From contig LSRY02000002.1 of the NCBI GenBank assembly GCA_001643675.2, positions 1,674,001 to 1,738,000 of the forward strand: a stretch of 64,000 nt of DNA, given 5' to 3'. This document shows, in pieces, positions 10,945 to 26,100 of the stretch (the first letter of the stretch is position 1; every line of letters starts with the position of its first letter). The notes under the pieces were generated by a model. It was not told the DNA's origin, did not search any database, and saw only the letters and a list, made by a program, of their open reading frames with translations. This DNA is from Monocercomonoides exilis PA203 (lineage: Eukaryota > Protista > Preaxostyla). The translations under genes and the position numbers were made by a program.

Positions 10945-13069
10945 TTATTTATCAATCATATCTCTCAGTTCTATTGATTCGTTTTCATTTCTTTTATCGA
11001 ATTCTTGATTACAAATATTAAGTATACTATTTTCTCTTCGAAAAACATTCTCATTTGCAAAAACCTCCTCTTGATTATCTCCAACATTCAAATCATCTTC
11101 ATCTTCTTTCTCTTTTTCAAGATCATTATCATCTTCTACTTCATCACTTTCTTCGTCATCTTCTTCTGTGTCTTCCTTCTCATTGTCAAAAGAATTATTT
11201 TCACTTTCAGTATCACTGTCATCGTCATATGCAATAATATGTTCATTGTGCCATTCATTTTTCCTTTTTTCCTGTGAGTTCTTGAGGTGCTCAAATTTCT
11301 CGTTAAACATCTCCATAATTTGATCCTCAGGCAATGAATCAATCTGTGACGAAGACAACGAAAGATGCTCATTATTCTTTCTGTTTTCAGTTTCTTGCCT
11401 TTCTTTTTTGCTGTTTTCATTTTCTTTCTTTGAAATGTGCATATTAATAACGCTTTCTATGTCTCTTCCAAACAATTTCTTGACCTTCTCCTTTTCATCT
11501 TCTTCCCATTTAGGAACTTCAATTATATCAAAAACTGCCTTATTATTCATAGGATTATTTCTAATAGATTCTTCAATGTTATTTGATTCTGCATTGCAGA
11601 AAATAACCGAAAACCCATTTAATGCAATGGATGCGCTGTCCAGGGATTGACTGAAACATCAATTTGTATAATTGCAAATACAGAATTTATAACATGTACA
11701 GAAAGAATAATTAACACAAGCATTGAAGAAATTACATTAACAAATCAATAGCAAGCTTTACGAATTCAAAATTCAAATGAAAACAAAAATACAAAAACTA
11801 AAGAATTAAAAAATTACAACTAATGCTGATATTTCATAACTCTTTTTTCACTTTTTAAGCGCATTCTCACACTCTCCCAACAAACTCGTCAATAAAAGTC
11901 CACAAATTCATTGATTTTTCGTTTACAGTAACGTATGATGGGTCTTCCAAAGATGGTGTAACAAAGGCATCTCCTTTTTGAGTCAACCTAATAACGCATT
12001 TGCCAACAACTGGATGATACAATAAAATGGTCTAATAATGTTCATTACATAAATTCACATTTTTTGAGAAGTGAACAAAATTTTAGAATGAGTTTTATAT
12101 TCAATACAAAATCAAATAATATCATACTGCAAGAGGATTTGACCTTAACACATGACGGATAAGCATAAAGCAAATGCAAGTTTTTCCAGTTCCTTCCGAA
12201 CCTTTTATTATTAGACACATTTGAGGTATTTGCATTGTATCTGAATTTTTCTCATTGTCCTTTGTTGCGCTTGATAAGCACAAGTTACGGAAATTGATCA
12301 TTCGTTTTGTTATAAAATTATAGCACGGCCTCATCCACACATCAATAATATTTCTTAAAGGATTTGCTGTTAAACAATCAGGCAAAGGAAACACTTCCCA
12401 TCGTTTTGTGAACGCTCCATGAAGCTGATTAATTGCACCTGGCTCAACATAATTATGTGTATCCAAACAGTAGCATTTAAAATTAGAATTATGAAGCTGA
12501 TAAATGTACTCTTGGAACTCTTCGAGAGACACTTTTAATTCAACATTTTGAATGGATGAATTGCTAGAATTATTTGAATGTTCCTCTTCACATTCTGAAT
12601 CAACACAACTATCTGATGATGATAAACTTTCATCATTTAATTGCTTTGTTTGAGTAGTTGCTACATTGAAATTAAATTTGAAGATAAATAATTTAATTTT
12701 TAATTGATAATGAAAGTTGAAATAATAACAATTCGAAAAACCATGATTAACATTATCCGAAAATTTACGCGGAATTCCAATTAAAAGAGGTTCTGATCCG
12801 TTTTGCTGTCTTTCTGAAACTTCATTCAAGAATTGCTCGGAAAAAATAAAATATGGAGGTATTTCATAGAAATTTGCGCTAAGCGTTGATAACAGTTGCA
12901 TTTTAGCTTCATTATCATTTGGAATAAATGGAAGAAAAATTGCAAGCTCTTTTTGATTTAATTCGTATAGAGAACACAAAATTTTAAACAAATCACTTGC
13001 TTGCGTTCCAGAGGAAATCTCAAGGGATTTATACTCAGAACAAACAAGCTGAACTTTTACAGGGACCAT
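10945..13069 (-). CDS. Multi-exon protein with putative N-terminal ubiquitin-like domain, P-loop NTPase and acidic C-terminus (Crinkler/RHS-like layout)
   Basis: ATG at 13069. Walker A LIIKGSEGTGKT (~12180-12215). Next exon (~12030-11885) reads TILLYHP...LWTFIDE (Walker B-like). D/E-rich ORF 10945-11550 is the likely last exon. Confidence 0.55.
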
Positions 13070-13299
13070 AAAGCTTGCGGATATTCCGTATTATGCTATT
13101 TTTAATAAAAAAACGAGAATTTTAAAAATTTCGTTTCGTTGAATAATAGATGGGTCTGATCAAATTTGTTGTTTTGGTTAAGAATTAAAATTTGTTCAAA
13201 ATATGATTTTATAATATATAAAAAACAGTGAAAAAAGTTCTGAAGATAACTGAAGACAATTTATTTTGATATTTGCAAAAGACTTATTTTTATTTTCCA

Positions 13300-14900
13300 T
13301 TATAAAACACACACAAAAAAAAATATTTTGCTTTTCAAATTACTAAAACAAATGTGGGCTTCCATATTTTTCAGTCGCAATAAGCTTTGTCTCTTCGTCG
13401 TCAAAAGTTCTGAGTCTTGGTCCAGTGTGAGCTGTGGGGTCCCTTTGCGGGCAAAAAGGTTTTCTGTGCTCCTTTTCTTGATAGCATCCATATATGTCTA
13501 ATTTTTAAAATCAAATTGAAAAAACAATGAAGTTTGAACACAAAGAAATCATTAAAGCCACAAAATGTAATTGGTTATAATTTTGTTTGAATACCTGCCA
13601 ATGAAGGTTCTTTCTGTTGCTGTGAATCAGACTGGCAGCATTGTCGTGACTGAGGCTGAGCCTGACCAAGTGGCTGTGCACACGGATTTGTTTGGTCATT
13701 TGTATGAACATTGCAATTTGACTTTTGCGAAGAAGAGTGCTCGCTGGCCAGACAAGGTTGAAGAGATGAAATCAGAATCGGCTGTTGAACAGTTTGGCAC
13801 GAAGCTGCAGAAGTGGCTGCTGTGGAGACTGGTTGAAGAGGTGGAGAGCATTCACAATTGCAAGAACAAGGTGAACACGAAGATGGAAGAACTGCAGATA
13901 GAATATTGCACAAATGAAAATTTCCAAAAAAAGGGGGAAAAAAATAATAAGATATCAAACCACACAAAATTGGATAATTTGCCAGAGAAGAAGAAGATGC
14001 ATAAGATGGATCAATGACAAATGTTCCATTTTCCATCTTCACTGGTATCAGCACTTGCTCCTTCTGTACGCAATCTGCGGGTCTCGCATGTTCCTGTGCC
14101 ATTTTTGACGCATCCTTACAAGATGTGCTTGCCTGGCAATTTGAAGATATTCCAAGTTGATCCAGCAAATTTTGACTTTCTTCTTTTGGAGGAGATCCGC
14201 TCGTGGATTCATTAAACAAGCTATCAAAATCTTCCTTTGTATACAACGGAAGCTCCTCAGAAGAAAGAACGTTGAATGGGGTTCCAAGACCCGGATATGC
14301 TTGAGCCAAGGGCTGCTGAAGAACATAATATTGAGGTTGCCCTTGCTGTAGCAATGGAGAATCAAGTTGAAGTCCAAGTGGCTGTGAGATTGGCACCAAT
14401 TGTTGAGTCATTGGATCAAGAGCATACACCACATTTGGCTGCCCTAATGCAACTTGAGGCTGTAAAAGCTGCGTAGGATGAAGCTGATGCTGGCCAATTC
14501 CATAGGGTGATGGCTGAATTATGTATTGTATTGGCTGTATGAACGATGGCTCGGTACGTCCAAGAGATGCTGAAAGACCGTAGCTATCATCATCATAATC
14601 CTCGTAAATATCCGATAACCTTTGCCTCAAATCATCTATTGACGACGAAAGACGACGGGCCTGAGGAGAAAGTGTATTTGAATCACGAGATCTTTGCTTT
14701 GATTTCAAATAATGATAATCCAAATCATCGTAATCGTGCTTATGAAAATTGGTAAAAATTACTCTTTCAAGAAAAAATCTTTCAGAAATATTGAGGTCTC
14801 AAACCAATTTCATGGCATTTGTTCGTATATCGGAATATGTCGGAAATTGAGAAGTTGATGCTGGTTTCCTTGAATTTTTGCTATTTCTATATTTCGGAGC
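13300..14900 (-). CDS. Multi-exon hypothetical Q/P/S-rich protein
   Basis: ORFs 13575-14723 and 13300-13491 plus an upstream exon ~14900-14806 ending at a gtttg donor. No recognisable domain; 5' end uncertain. Confidence 0.5.
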
Positions 14901-15437
14901 TGAAAATGTGATAGAAAATAATAACACTGAAAATGCACATTCATCTTTTCACAAATGAATATTTACAAGCAAACACACAAAATTTAAGCAGCATCTTTAA
15001 CACAATTATTAATATTTATTTTGATCATCTGACTACAGTGAACAAAAACAAGACAAATGAAGTTGGGTTGGCTCAACACACTGAAATAAAATTAAAAAAA
15101 TATGCGTGTAGCATTTGCATTATTTTGTAAGTTCAGTGCTCATTTCTTCAGAGTAACATAATTTGTTATACAAATTATTTATTTCTTTTCTTGATTTGAT
15201 TAATTATTAGTACCCTGTTGACATATATGCTCCTGAGCAAATACAAAAAAATTTTCAGATTTTAGCATTCCCATTTTAAAAAATTAAAATTCAACTCAAG
15301 TTTATTGATTGCTTTACTCGCTGTCCATAAAGTTTAGACACATATATTGAACAGTTTTCTGATATAAGGGAAAAAGTATTTTTTGTTTATTTTCGATTGC
15401 TTTGTGTTTCTATTTCTCTTTGTTTAGCAATCGATCA

Positions 15438-18400
15438 ATGAGTAAACAGCGATTGCAAAAAAGTTTTAACACAGCAAAGTTGAAACTTGTTCCTTCCATA
15501 TTTACTGAACAACCTCCAGTACTTGCATTTTCAGATGGAGGAGGTTATCTGTTTTTTTTACCTCCTGATGACGTGGTTCAGCCTCTATTGAAAGTTTGCG
15601 CACTTTTTTCATCAAATTGAATCACCGTTTCGTTATGTTGACTTTTTAATTAATTTTGAAAAGATGACAAGCCAATGTCCACAGATTGTGCGAGATTGTT
15701 TTCAGCTTGGAGGGTTTCAGACGGAAAAGAAATCAGAAGACTTACCGTGGCTTAGGTTTGTTAATTCAATTTTTTTCGTTCAGAGTCAATAAACTTTAAT
15801 ACCTTCGACTTATTATTATTGCTACAGCTTATGGGGGCGACTTTCAAAAGTATTTTGCTTCAATTTTTTATTCTATTTGATTTTAACAAATATTTTTAAG
15901 ACTGAATATAAATTGCTGGGGCCATTTCATCGCTCCAATCACTTTCCATGCACCTTCGAGTTGGGAAGAAAAGATAGATTGCATCATCACTTGATGTTGC
16001 TTTATCGTCGATTTGGACATCAACATTGTGGTTTTTTCCCAAAGACTTACATATTCCCAAGGGATAAAGCCATTTTCAAGGCAGATTTTGCAAAAAAAGA
16101 AGGAGGGCCATTCATCATCAAACCGGTTGCTGCTTCAAGAGGAATAGGTTTTCAGCTGCTTTTATTCATTGAGCCAAATTATAATTTTAAAACTATTGAA
16201 TTAAATTTCATATTTATTTCAAAACAAAAAAATTTCTTTCTCACACAAATTAATATATCTATTTTTACACGCAAACACAACAGGAATTCATGTGGTGAGC
16301 TCTTCGTCAAAAGTCCAATGCACACGAGGGACGCTGGCGCAGGAGTACATTGAGCGGCCGCTGCTGATCCGGGGGTTCAAGTTTGACCTGCGGCTGTATT
16401 TGGCTCTGATGGGCTATGACCCCTTGCGGATATACCTGTATCGAGACGGGATTGCGCGGTTTGCGTCTCAGGCGTATTCGCAGAACTCTCTCTCGCAGTA
16501 TGCGCACCTCACGAACTTCTCCATCAACAAAGGGAGGATCCGGACGTGTCTGGACGAGCAGAAGGAGAAAGCACGGCTGAAGGCGCTCGACGAAGACGAA
16601 GAGGAGGAATTCGAAGAGCAGATGGAAGAAGAAGAGGAGGAAGAGGAAGACTCATCGACTATCACAAGTAGTAGCGACAGCAGCGGCAATAGCAGCGACG
16701 AAGGGGTGACTGCAGATGAAGATGAGGCAGATGAGGATGAGGGAGAGAATGAAGAGAGGCGGAAAGGGAAGAACGGAGAAGAAGGGAATTTCGAAGCTGA
16801 TGAAGGCGGAGGAGAAAACGAGAGCGAAGGCAAAGGCGGGCGAAGCAACAGAAGCAACTCGAGCAGCGGGAGGCAGGCCAGAGTGAATGAGAGCTCCAGA
16901 GAAGAGACTGAAATGGTCGAAGCCAATCCCTCACAGACATCAGGCCGTGCTGCTAATCCCCATCCTCCACCGAAAGGGAAATCAGCCAAAAAGAACACAA
17001 CAACACCCACGTCTTCTTCTTCTTCTTCTTCTCACCCAAAAAAGCGGAAACTGACAGCAGCTGAGCGGAAGCAACAGAAAGAAGCAGAGCGTGCGCGGCG
17101 GAAAGCAGAGAAGCGTGCGAAGCGGAAGGCGAAGCTGAAAGAGCAGGCGCTGTTAGAAGAGGAGCACTCGCTGAAGTGGCGGCTGGTGGATATGCGGCTG
17201 TTTCTCCGGAGCCAGTTCGGGGCAGACGACGGGGTGGTTATGCGGAGGATCCAGGATGTGCTGATCAAGGCATTCATCTCTGCCGACGAGACCTTCACAC
17301 GCGAGCTGAGGACGACGCTGCGGTTTCCGTCGAACTGCTGCGAGCTGTATGGAGTGGACATCATATTGGACTCTGCGATGCGACCGTACATTTTGGAGAT
17401 CAACACATCGCCATCGATGAACTCAGGATCACCGCTGGACGAGACTGTGAAAGGAAACATGCTCACTGACTTGTTCTTCATGTTGGGGCACACGCCTTCT
17501 TCAGCCGATGGAAAGGTGCCGTTTGCATCGAGAGAGGACATCAGCAGGCTTGTGGCAGCGAACATGGCGATGCCTGGCTCTTCTGCAGCAGCAGGATCCT
17601 CAGCCAACATGAAGGCAGGTCTGTCTTCTGTGCTGAGGAAAGCGAAAGGGCTGAAGTTGAACGCTGTTGAAGCGCCTTTGTATCCGTGGGGTGGGACAGC
17701 CACAGGAGAAGCACTGAATCAGATGAAGAAGCAGAAGAAAAGCCCAGCTGCCAGTGCGAGACAGTCTTCTCCTGCGCCTTCTGTTTCATCATCACCTGCT
17801 CCATCCTCAGCTTCTCCTGCTCCACCAGCTTCTCCGTCATCCAGATCTCTTTCACCGTCACCTTCACCTTCTCCTTCTTCGTCTTCATCTCATTCTTCCA
17901 CATCAAATACAAACAACACATCAGCTTCTGCATTCGTCTTTCCTGGCTTCTACTCATCAGTCGCACATTCTTCTAACACTTCATCAACATCCTCTTCTTC
18001 TTCCTCCTCCTCCTCCTCCTCATCATCATCTTCCTCTTCCTCTTCCTCTTCCTCTTCCACCCTCCTCCCCTTCAACGAAGAAGATCCCACCACTCTTTCT
18101 GTCTCTTCCCTCTGCCCCGAAGACAAAGCCCTCCTCCGCCTCGTCGAATCTGAATATGCGCGGCGTGGCGGGTTCCAGCGCATCTTCCCCACTCCCTTCA
18201 ATGCGCTGCTGTATCGCCCCTTCTTCAAAGAGAGAAGGGCTTCAGATGCCCTCGTCGCCTGCTTCCTGCGGAGACGGTGGGTCGACACGTGCGGAGGACA
18301 CTTGAAGAGGATGAGGATGATCGAGAGGGAGAAAGAGGAGAAAGAACAGAAGGCTAACAGTACTGACAGACAAAACGGAGAAAATGAACATATTTATCAG

Positions 18401-18848
18401 AACCAAAGCGGAGCTTCTTCTCAGAGTTTGCCTGCAAAGCAGCTCAAAACAGCTATTAAAACAGACACTTCAAATACAACTTCTTCTTCCATTTCCTATG
18501 CCTCACACATCATCTCTTCACCTTCAATCACAACCACCTCACCCACACCCACACCCGTCCCTTCTCTGCCCATCTGCCCACACTGCCACGTGCCACATCC
18601 AAACGATCCGCTCTTTCAGCTCTCTTCGTCTCCTCTCTTCCTCTTCGACCATCCTTCTCCTGCTGCCACTGTGCAGAGGCCTGACAGCTGCATTAGGAAG
18701 CCCAGATATCCTTCTGTGTGGCTGTTGGATGACGAAGATTGCATACCTGTACAGCCTCCCTCACAGCTCATAAGACCAACATCAGCAAGAAGAACAAACG
18801 CCAATGGAGCTTCAGCCACTTCATCAACCACTTCTGCTTCTTCCTCTA

Positions 18849-18889
<41 letters not shown>

Positions 18890-21800
18890 ACTTCACGTTC
18901 TGTTTTTGATCTTCCTGAGCCAATCACAATTGTGCCTCTTCAGACAGCCACAACACAATCTGCTCCTTCAGCACATCCTTCTTCTGTGACACCTGAATAC
19001 TCTTCTGCCTCCTCTTCAGCCACACGCAATTCACTTCGATCATCAACATCATCTTCATCATCATCATCATCATCCTCTTCTTCTTCTTCCTCATTGTATT
19101 CAGTCAACAGTGAAGCCAACATCTCCGTCCTCACTCTCCCCGACTACACCCGCCCATTCACCCTCCCTCTCCTCTCCTCTCCTCTCCACTCTTCTTCTTC
19201 TTCCTCCTCCTCCTCAATGCGCAGTCATTCTGTTGGCCGATTCTCCTCTTCCACCCTCCTCGCCGGTATTGCCATGGGGATGGGGGCACAAGGAGCTGTG
19301 GGCAGTGATGGGAGGTTGATCAGGCGGATGGGCAGTGGAGAAGGAGATGGAGGGTATTTGGGTGCGGCAAAGGCAGCTGGCTTGCTGGCGAGGCCGGCTG
19401 TGACGGTGAGGGTGATGCAGGAGAAGTTCTTTGAGGAAGGGAAGGCAGGGCAGTCGCTGTTTGCGCTGCCTGCACTAAAGGGAGTAGCGGGAGAGAGAGA
19501 GAAAGAGAAGGGTGAGGAGAGAGAAAGAGAGGGAGGAGAAGGAGGAGGAGAAGAGAATGAGAGAGGAAAAAGAGAAAGAAATGGAATGAGAAGCAATGAG
19601 AAAGAGAATAAGAACGGGAACGAAGATGAAGGAGAATATGAAGAAGTTAAAGACAGAGCATATTCGAGTGATGAAGTGACGAGAAATCCGAAGGAATATT
19701 CCAACAGAGAAGAAGCACCAAGTCAAAGGCGTTCACTTGGAATGTCACATGGCTTGCATCTCCCCAAAGTGAAGAAGGAGAACAACGAAATGGCTGCTGA
19801 GAACGATATCGTCACACCTCGTGTGGGATACAGCGAGCAAGAAGGATCAGCTGCATCTGTTTCTTCCTCTTCCTCTTCCTCTGGCTCATCCACTTCTTCG
19901 TCATTTATATCATCATCATCATCTTCTTCTTCTTCATCGTCTTCGTCTTCATCTTCATTTTCATCAGCACCTTCACTGCCTCTCTCTTCCTCCCCCTTCT
20001 CCTCCCCTTTCTCTTCTCCTTCAAAAGGTCTTATTTCTCCGCGGAGCCAAAGAAAACTCGAAGTTCTCCCTTCTTCCCATCCACTGCGCCTGTCCCGCAG
20101 TTCTCAATCGTTCTCCAACGGGCTGCCGGCAAAAATTCCGCCTTATTCGCCTTCAGAAGCTGATATGATTACACAGACGAAGCAGCTTCGTGTGTCGCAT
20201 TCAGCAACCCGCTCGCTTGTGCCTGCTGCTCAGCTGTCAGCAACACTCCAATCTGCTTCTACTCATTCATCATCTACTCGATCAACTCCAATGTCTTCGT
20301 CTTTTTCATCATCATCATCATCTTCTTCTTCTTCTTCTATTCACAATCCAACTTCTCCTGCAAGCACCATTGCTGCTCTGCTGGCATCGTTGTCAACTCT
20401 TCCTCCAGCTGCCAAATACAAACCACCAACTTCCACGTCAACACATTCATTTTCATCATCATCATCATCATCATCATCTTCTTCTTCTTCTTCTTCATTT
20501 TCTTCCGGAAATCTGAATCAAAATCTGAATTCTTCTTCAAAGTCTGCTTTTTCACAGTCAACACGAGATTTTTCTATGCGATCTCCAAAACAAGCATCAT
20601 CATTGCATGCATCTCCAATGAACTTAACAGGCAATCTAATGGCTGAATCTTCTGCTTCTGTCACACCAATCTCTTCTCCTCCTCCTCCACAAACATCTTT
20701 GTCTACTTCTTCCTCCTCATCTCCTTCCTCTTCATTGCTTTCTCATTCTGGACAGACAAGCCATTCTCAATCAACATCTGCTGCACAACATGAGAATAAC
20801 AATAAACTTTTATCGCCAACATCCAACAAAGCACTGATGACTCCAACATCTCCAACATCTCTATCATCATCAGCATCTTCTTCCTCTTCCTCTTCTTCCT
20901 CCTCTTCTTCATCATCTTCTTCTTCTTCTTCAACTTCTTCTTCAATGATGACAATGTCAACAGGAAGGAGAACATTTCCTGTGCTTCATTCGCCCACTCC
21001 TCTTCAGCCTCGACAGAATGACTCGTCTTTGCTACAACCTGCTTCTTCTTCTTCTTCTTCTTCTTTTCTGTCTCCTTCTGTCACACCTGCTTCATCTCCA
21101 CTCAGTTTTTCATATTCTCCCTCTTCTTCTTCTTCTTCTTCCTCTTCCACCTCATCTAACTCAAATTCCACAAGTTCATCTTCTTCCTCTTCCTCCTCTT
21201 CATCCTCATCCACTCTTGCACACTCCCCAATGATTCCATTGAGACACTCATCTCTTTCTCCTCTCGTGTCTGCCTCTCCTTCATTGCAGCAGCCTTCTTC
21301 TTCTTCCTCCTCTTCCTCCTCCTCTTTCACACATGAACAATATTCTCTTCTTTCTCCGTCTCCGCCTCCTCCGATGAATTCTTCATCGCCTCTCATTTCG
21401 TCTTCCAATCTGCCTCAAACTTCTTCACCTGCTTCTTCTTCTGCTGCCATCCACTCTGCAAAGACTCTTCATTCTTCGTATCCTTCTTCCTCGTCTCTGT
21501 TATCTTCTTCTTCCTCTGTTCCTTCAATTTCTCCCTCCTCCTCTTCTTCTTCTCCTTCTTCTCCTTCCTCCTCCTCCTCCTCCTCACTCACTTCTACCCA
21601 TTCCATCTCCCCCAAAATCTCTCGCTCTTCCAGTCTCCATCGATCTGCCGATGTTTCTCCTTCTGTCCGCCGAAAAGTTCTTTCGCATTCCAATTCAGCT
21701 GCTGCTTATCCTTCCTCTTCTCTTCCCTATCACCCGCCTTCCCCTCGCCACCAGCGCATCGCTTCTTTGGGAATGCACAGCACACAGCCACCACAATTAG

Positions 21801-22939
21801 CTCAGAATTCTTCTTCTTCTTCTTCTTCTTCTCCTTTGGCGCCTCTCTCTGCAACTTCTTCTGGATTTTCAGTGGCAAATGGATTTGCGACAGAGAATGG
21901 ATCAACTCCACAGCACAGCAGTCAACAAGGCTTGCCTTCACTGCAATCTAATGGAGCATCACCAATGTCTGAACAATCTCCTTCTTTATCATCATCATCA
22001 TCTTCTTCTTCTTCTTCAACATTTTCATCTCCTCAGAGTTCTCTTTCAGCCTCTGACTCCGCCTTTTCGTCAGATTCTTTGTTTTCTCGCCATCCTTCCA
22101 ATGTTGTGCGCTCCTTCACTTCACATCGTGTTCCTTCGCCTTCTTCTTCTTCTGCTGCTAATCAGACTTTACAGCCACAAGGCAGTTCACGTGCAAAGAA
22201 AGAACACAATCAAGATATCCATTCAATGTCTTCTCCTCTTCCAACTTTTAATTCATCATCATCTTCATCATCATCCTCTGAACCATCTCGTCCATCAACT
22301 ACTTCTTCTTCCTCTCCTTCTTCCTCTTCCTCTTCCCCTTCTTCTTCTTCTTCGACAAATCCCACTCTTTCTTTGGGCTCATCTTCATATTCATCCAATC
22401 GTCTTAGTCTTTCTTCTACTGCTGGTCGTCCATCTTCTGTGCCTTCATCTTCACAACACTCAAATATTCAGTCATCTCCTTCCTCTTCTTCCTCCTCTTC
22501 TTCCTCTTCTTCTTCCTCTTCTTCTTTGCCATCTTCAACAGCTTCTTCAACTTCTTCCTCTTCTCAATTGTTTTCTTCTGTCTCTTTGTTCAACAGAGAA
22601 ACTGTCAATATGATTTCCAAGAAGAAAAAAAACACAGAACACTCAATGAATCATACTTCATCATCTTCATCATCTTCAGCAATGAACCAGCAGACAGCAA
22701 TCCCCAATTCTTTGGGCTCTTCTCATTCTGCTTCTTCTATTTTGTCCTCTTCTTCTGGCCATTCAGCATATTCCAGTTCCACTTTGCGACCTGCTTCTCC
22801 TTTTTCCTCTTCGACTCGCTCTCCTTTTGCCTCGTTCGCATCCATCCATCCATTCAACCAGAGTCAGTATGCAAGGCCTGCATCTCCACTTCGTCCTTCT
22901 TCTCCTTCACTCCCAAAATTCCCTCTTCAGAAAAAATAA
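15438..22939 (+). CDS. TTLL: Tubulin-tyrosine-ligase-like polyglutamylase (TTLL4/5-like) with very long Ser-rich tail
   Basis: Exons ~15438-15593, 15664-15755, 15828-15849, 15901-16148, 16283-22939. Motifs NHFPCTFELGRKDRL, FIIKPVAASRGIGI, QEYIERPLLIRGFKFDLRLY, HLTNFSINK, ELYGVDIILD, LEINTSPS, EYARRGGFQRIFP. Confidence 0.92.
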
Positions 22940-23190
22940 ACATATTTTTTTTGATATGTTATGCTATGTATATATTTAATTCAATGCTATTAAAGCATCA
23001 TATTTTGTTAAAATCAAATTTTTCTTGTTTTTGAATTCTCTCTTAAACGAATAATCTATTTATTGGAACTACAAAATTAAACGAGCTGTTTATGAAAGCA
23101 AATTATCAAAAAAAGCTTTATTAACTCTTGTGCCATAATAAAATTTTTAATTTTCGTTTCTGTATTTTTTTAATTTTTGCCTGTATTTCA

Positions 23191-26100
23191 ATGGATACAG
23201 ATGAAAATACAATTGAGCTGCATGGAGTTCAAGTTAAATTTCCGTGTAAGCCCTATTTGCCTCAAAGATTAATCATGGATCGTCTTATTGGTGCAATTTC
23301 AACTTCAACAAACGCCTTATTAGAGAGTCCAACCGGTACGGGTAAAACGCTTGCATTATTATGCGGCTCATGTGCGTTTCAGCAAAAAATGAAAAAAGAA
23401 TTACTTCCAAAAGCACCATTCGCAAAAGGATCAACTAGTAATTTATCTTCTTCTGCGCCAAGATATCCACCAGTAACAACATCAGATATTGAAGATATTG
23501 TTCCAAATGAAAAGAGTGAGCCGAATTATTATCAAAAACGTATGAAAAATTTCGTATTTTTTAAGAAAGAAATTAAAATATTTTTCGTTTTTCTTATCTC
23601 AAATATCATTTTCACAAAATAACATTTATTAATTTTAATATATTGAAAATAAAATTGAAACAGCGAAATATTATCCGAGAATCTTCTATTTAACACGGAC
23701 TCACATGCAGATTAAACAAATTGTCGAAGAATTGAAAAGAACAGCCTACGAGCCTCGAATGACAATACTTGCATCGAGAAAGCAACTTTGCTTGAAATTG
23801 CATGTTCGATCGTCTCCAAACCCTGGGGCAGAATGCACAAAATTGTGTAAACAAAGGATCAATGGATGCGGATACAGAAGAAGGGTTGAAAAGGCTTTGC
23901 AAATGAAGTCAATTTCAAGAGGTCTCTGGTCTCTAAAAGATCTAATAAGTATTTGCAGAGAAGTTGGTGCGTGTCCATATTTCGTCGCCATGGAAATGCT
24001 TAAAAAAGCAGAACTTGTTTGAAAAATTATTCTATTTTATTTTCGTTCATAGAAATAATGTTAAAATATTTAAATTTGAAAAGGTTTTGGCACCATATAA
24101 CTACATAATCGACCCAACAATTCGCCGAGTGATGGGTGCTGCAGCTTCTCCGAACGACTCAATTTTGATATTCGACGAAGCTCACAACATCGAAAGCACA
24201 TGCAGAGAGAGTGTGACATACAAGTTCACCAGAAAGGAGCTGGAGAGGGCATGCATTGAAGTGAATGAGATGGTTGAGAGATTGGATGCATTGCACAACC
24301 TGATGAATGCGAAGTGGAGAAAGGCATATGCAGAAGAGGAAGCTAAGAGGAAGCGAAACGAAAGGAAAAAAGAAAGAGAGCTGAAATGGGATAAGTGGAC
24401 GAAAGAAAAGCGAATGAAAGATTTGATAGAGAAAAGAAAGGAGGAAAGAAGAAGGGAAGAAAGAGAAAAGAGAAAGAGAGAGTTCGGATTGGACGATGAG
24501 TCAGTTGTCTTTGATGAGATTGACTCTGATGCAATTGAAAAGGAAGTCGAAGAAGAAGAAAGGAAAAGAGAAGAAAAAGAAAAAATACAGGAAACAATCA
24601 AAAATAGCGTAATTGACAAAGCGAAAATAAGTTTTAAGCCATCTTTAAAATCGTTATCTTCTGTTCCATCATTGTCTTCAAACTCACTATTCACTTTTCA
24701 CAATCAGAATTCCTCTCCTCAATCGACAACACCATTACTGTCATCATCAAAATCCCCATCTCCATCACCTTCTCCAGTGCCAGGACAATCTTCAATTTTT
24801 TCATCCGCCCAACCATCGTCCAGTGTGCTTCCTCAAAATCCCTCAGAGAAGGGCTTTTTTGTTTCTCAGTTTCCTTCCATTCCATCAGCGCTTCATTGGT
24901 CATCTTGTCTTCCTGTCTACAAAGATTGGGCAAGGCCGTTTGGGTTGGAGAGGTTAGCAGATTGCTTTGTGGACGGAGGAGTAAACGATGAAGCTGAAGA
25001 AGGAGCTATTAACTTTGGCAACAATGATGCAAGTAACGGCTCTATTCTTAACCAATCAAATATTGTGACTCTTGATGACTTGAAGAAAGCTGACAAGGAC
25101 AGTGGATCAATAGAAGGATCAGAGATGAGTATTAGTTCAGCAGAAGCCGATCAACAGAAAAGTGATGGTGAGAAGAATGATTTGCAAGCGAAGGCAGAAC
25201 AGACAATGAAAAGCTATGAAGTGACCAATAATGAAACATTCATGGAAAGTCTTATGAAGATGGGGAATGCGGTGTCAGAGCTGAAAGAGATTGCGAAGAC
25301 AAAGAAAGAGGCGAGAAGGGAAATCAGAGAGAAAACTGCAGAAAGTGAAAGAGAAGAACTTATGAAAAGAGGAATTTTCAGAAACAAGGAAGAATATGTT
25401 GACGAAGGAAAGACAACAAACTTGATGATATTAAGATCTTTAGCTTCGGTTAGATCCTCAGGTGAAGCAGGAAAAAATGACAATGGAGATGATGATGACA
25501 TTGAATGCTTGGGATCAAAAAGTCAGTTTCAACCACAAAACTTAACAAAATCAACAAGTTCAGTTTCTGATGAAAACGAACTAACTGAAGAAGAAGAAGA
25601 AGAAGAATCAAACGACGAAGTTGGAATAAACGAAGGATTTTTTGATCATTCTGTTCTGGGTTTTGCATTGAATGTGATGGGATGGATGCTGAAAAGAGTG
25701 ACGCATTGGGTGATGGCCAAAGAGATTGCAGCGAATGACGAACTTATGAAGCATCAGGGGAAAGCAATACGTTTGCAACACTTGAGCTTATTTGAAAATC
25801 TATTTGCTATTTATTGTCTATCATTTTGCATTCTATGATTACTGATTATTTCCTTTTTAATGTTTCTGCTGTTTCCAATTTTCCATATTTTCTCTCAACC
25901 TTTTAAAGCGACATTCTCAACAACACCTGTCTCTGGTGGAAGATGGATGATATCTGATGAATTTGACCCCACAAAGAAAGTAGACAACCTTCAGTGTGTT
26001 CTCAAACAACTTTATCTTTTTATTTTTTCATGAATCTGACAATGTTTCTATTTTGATGCTTTTCTTTAATAATTCATAATGTTTGAATTTATTAAATAAT

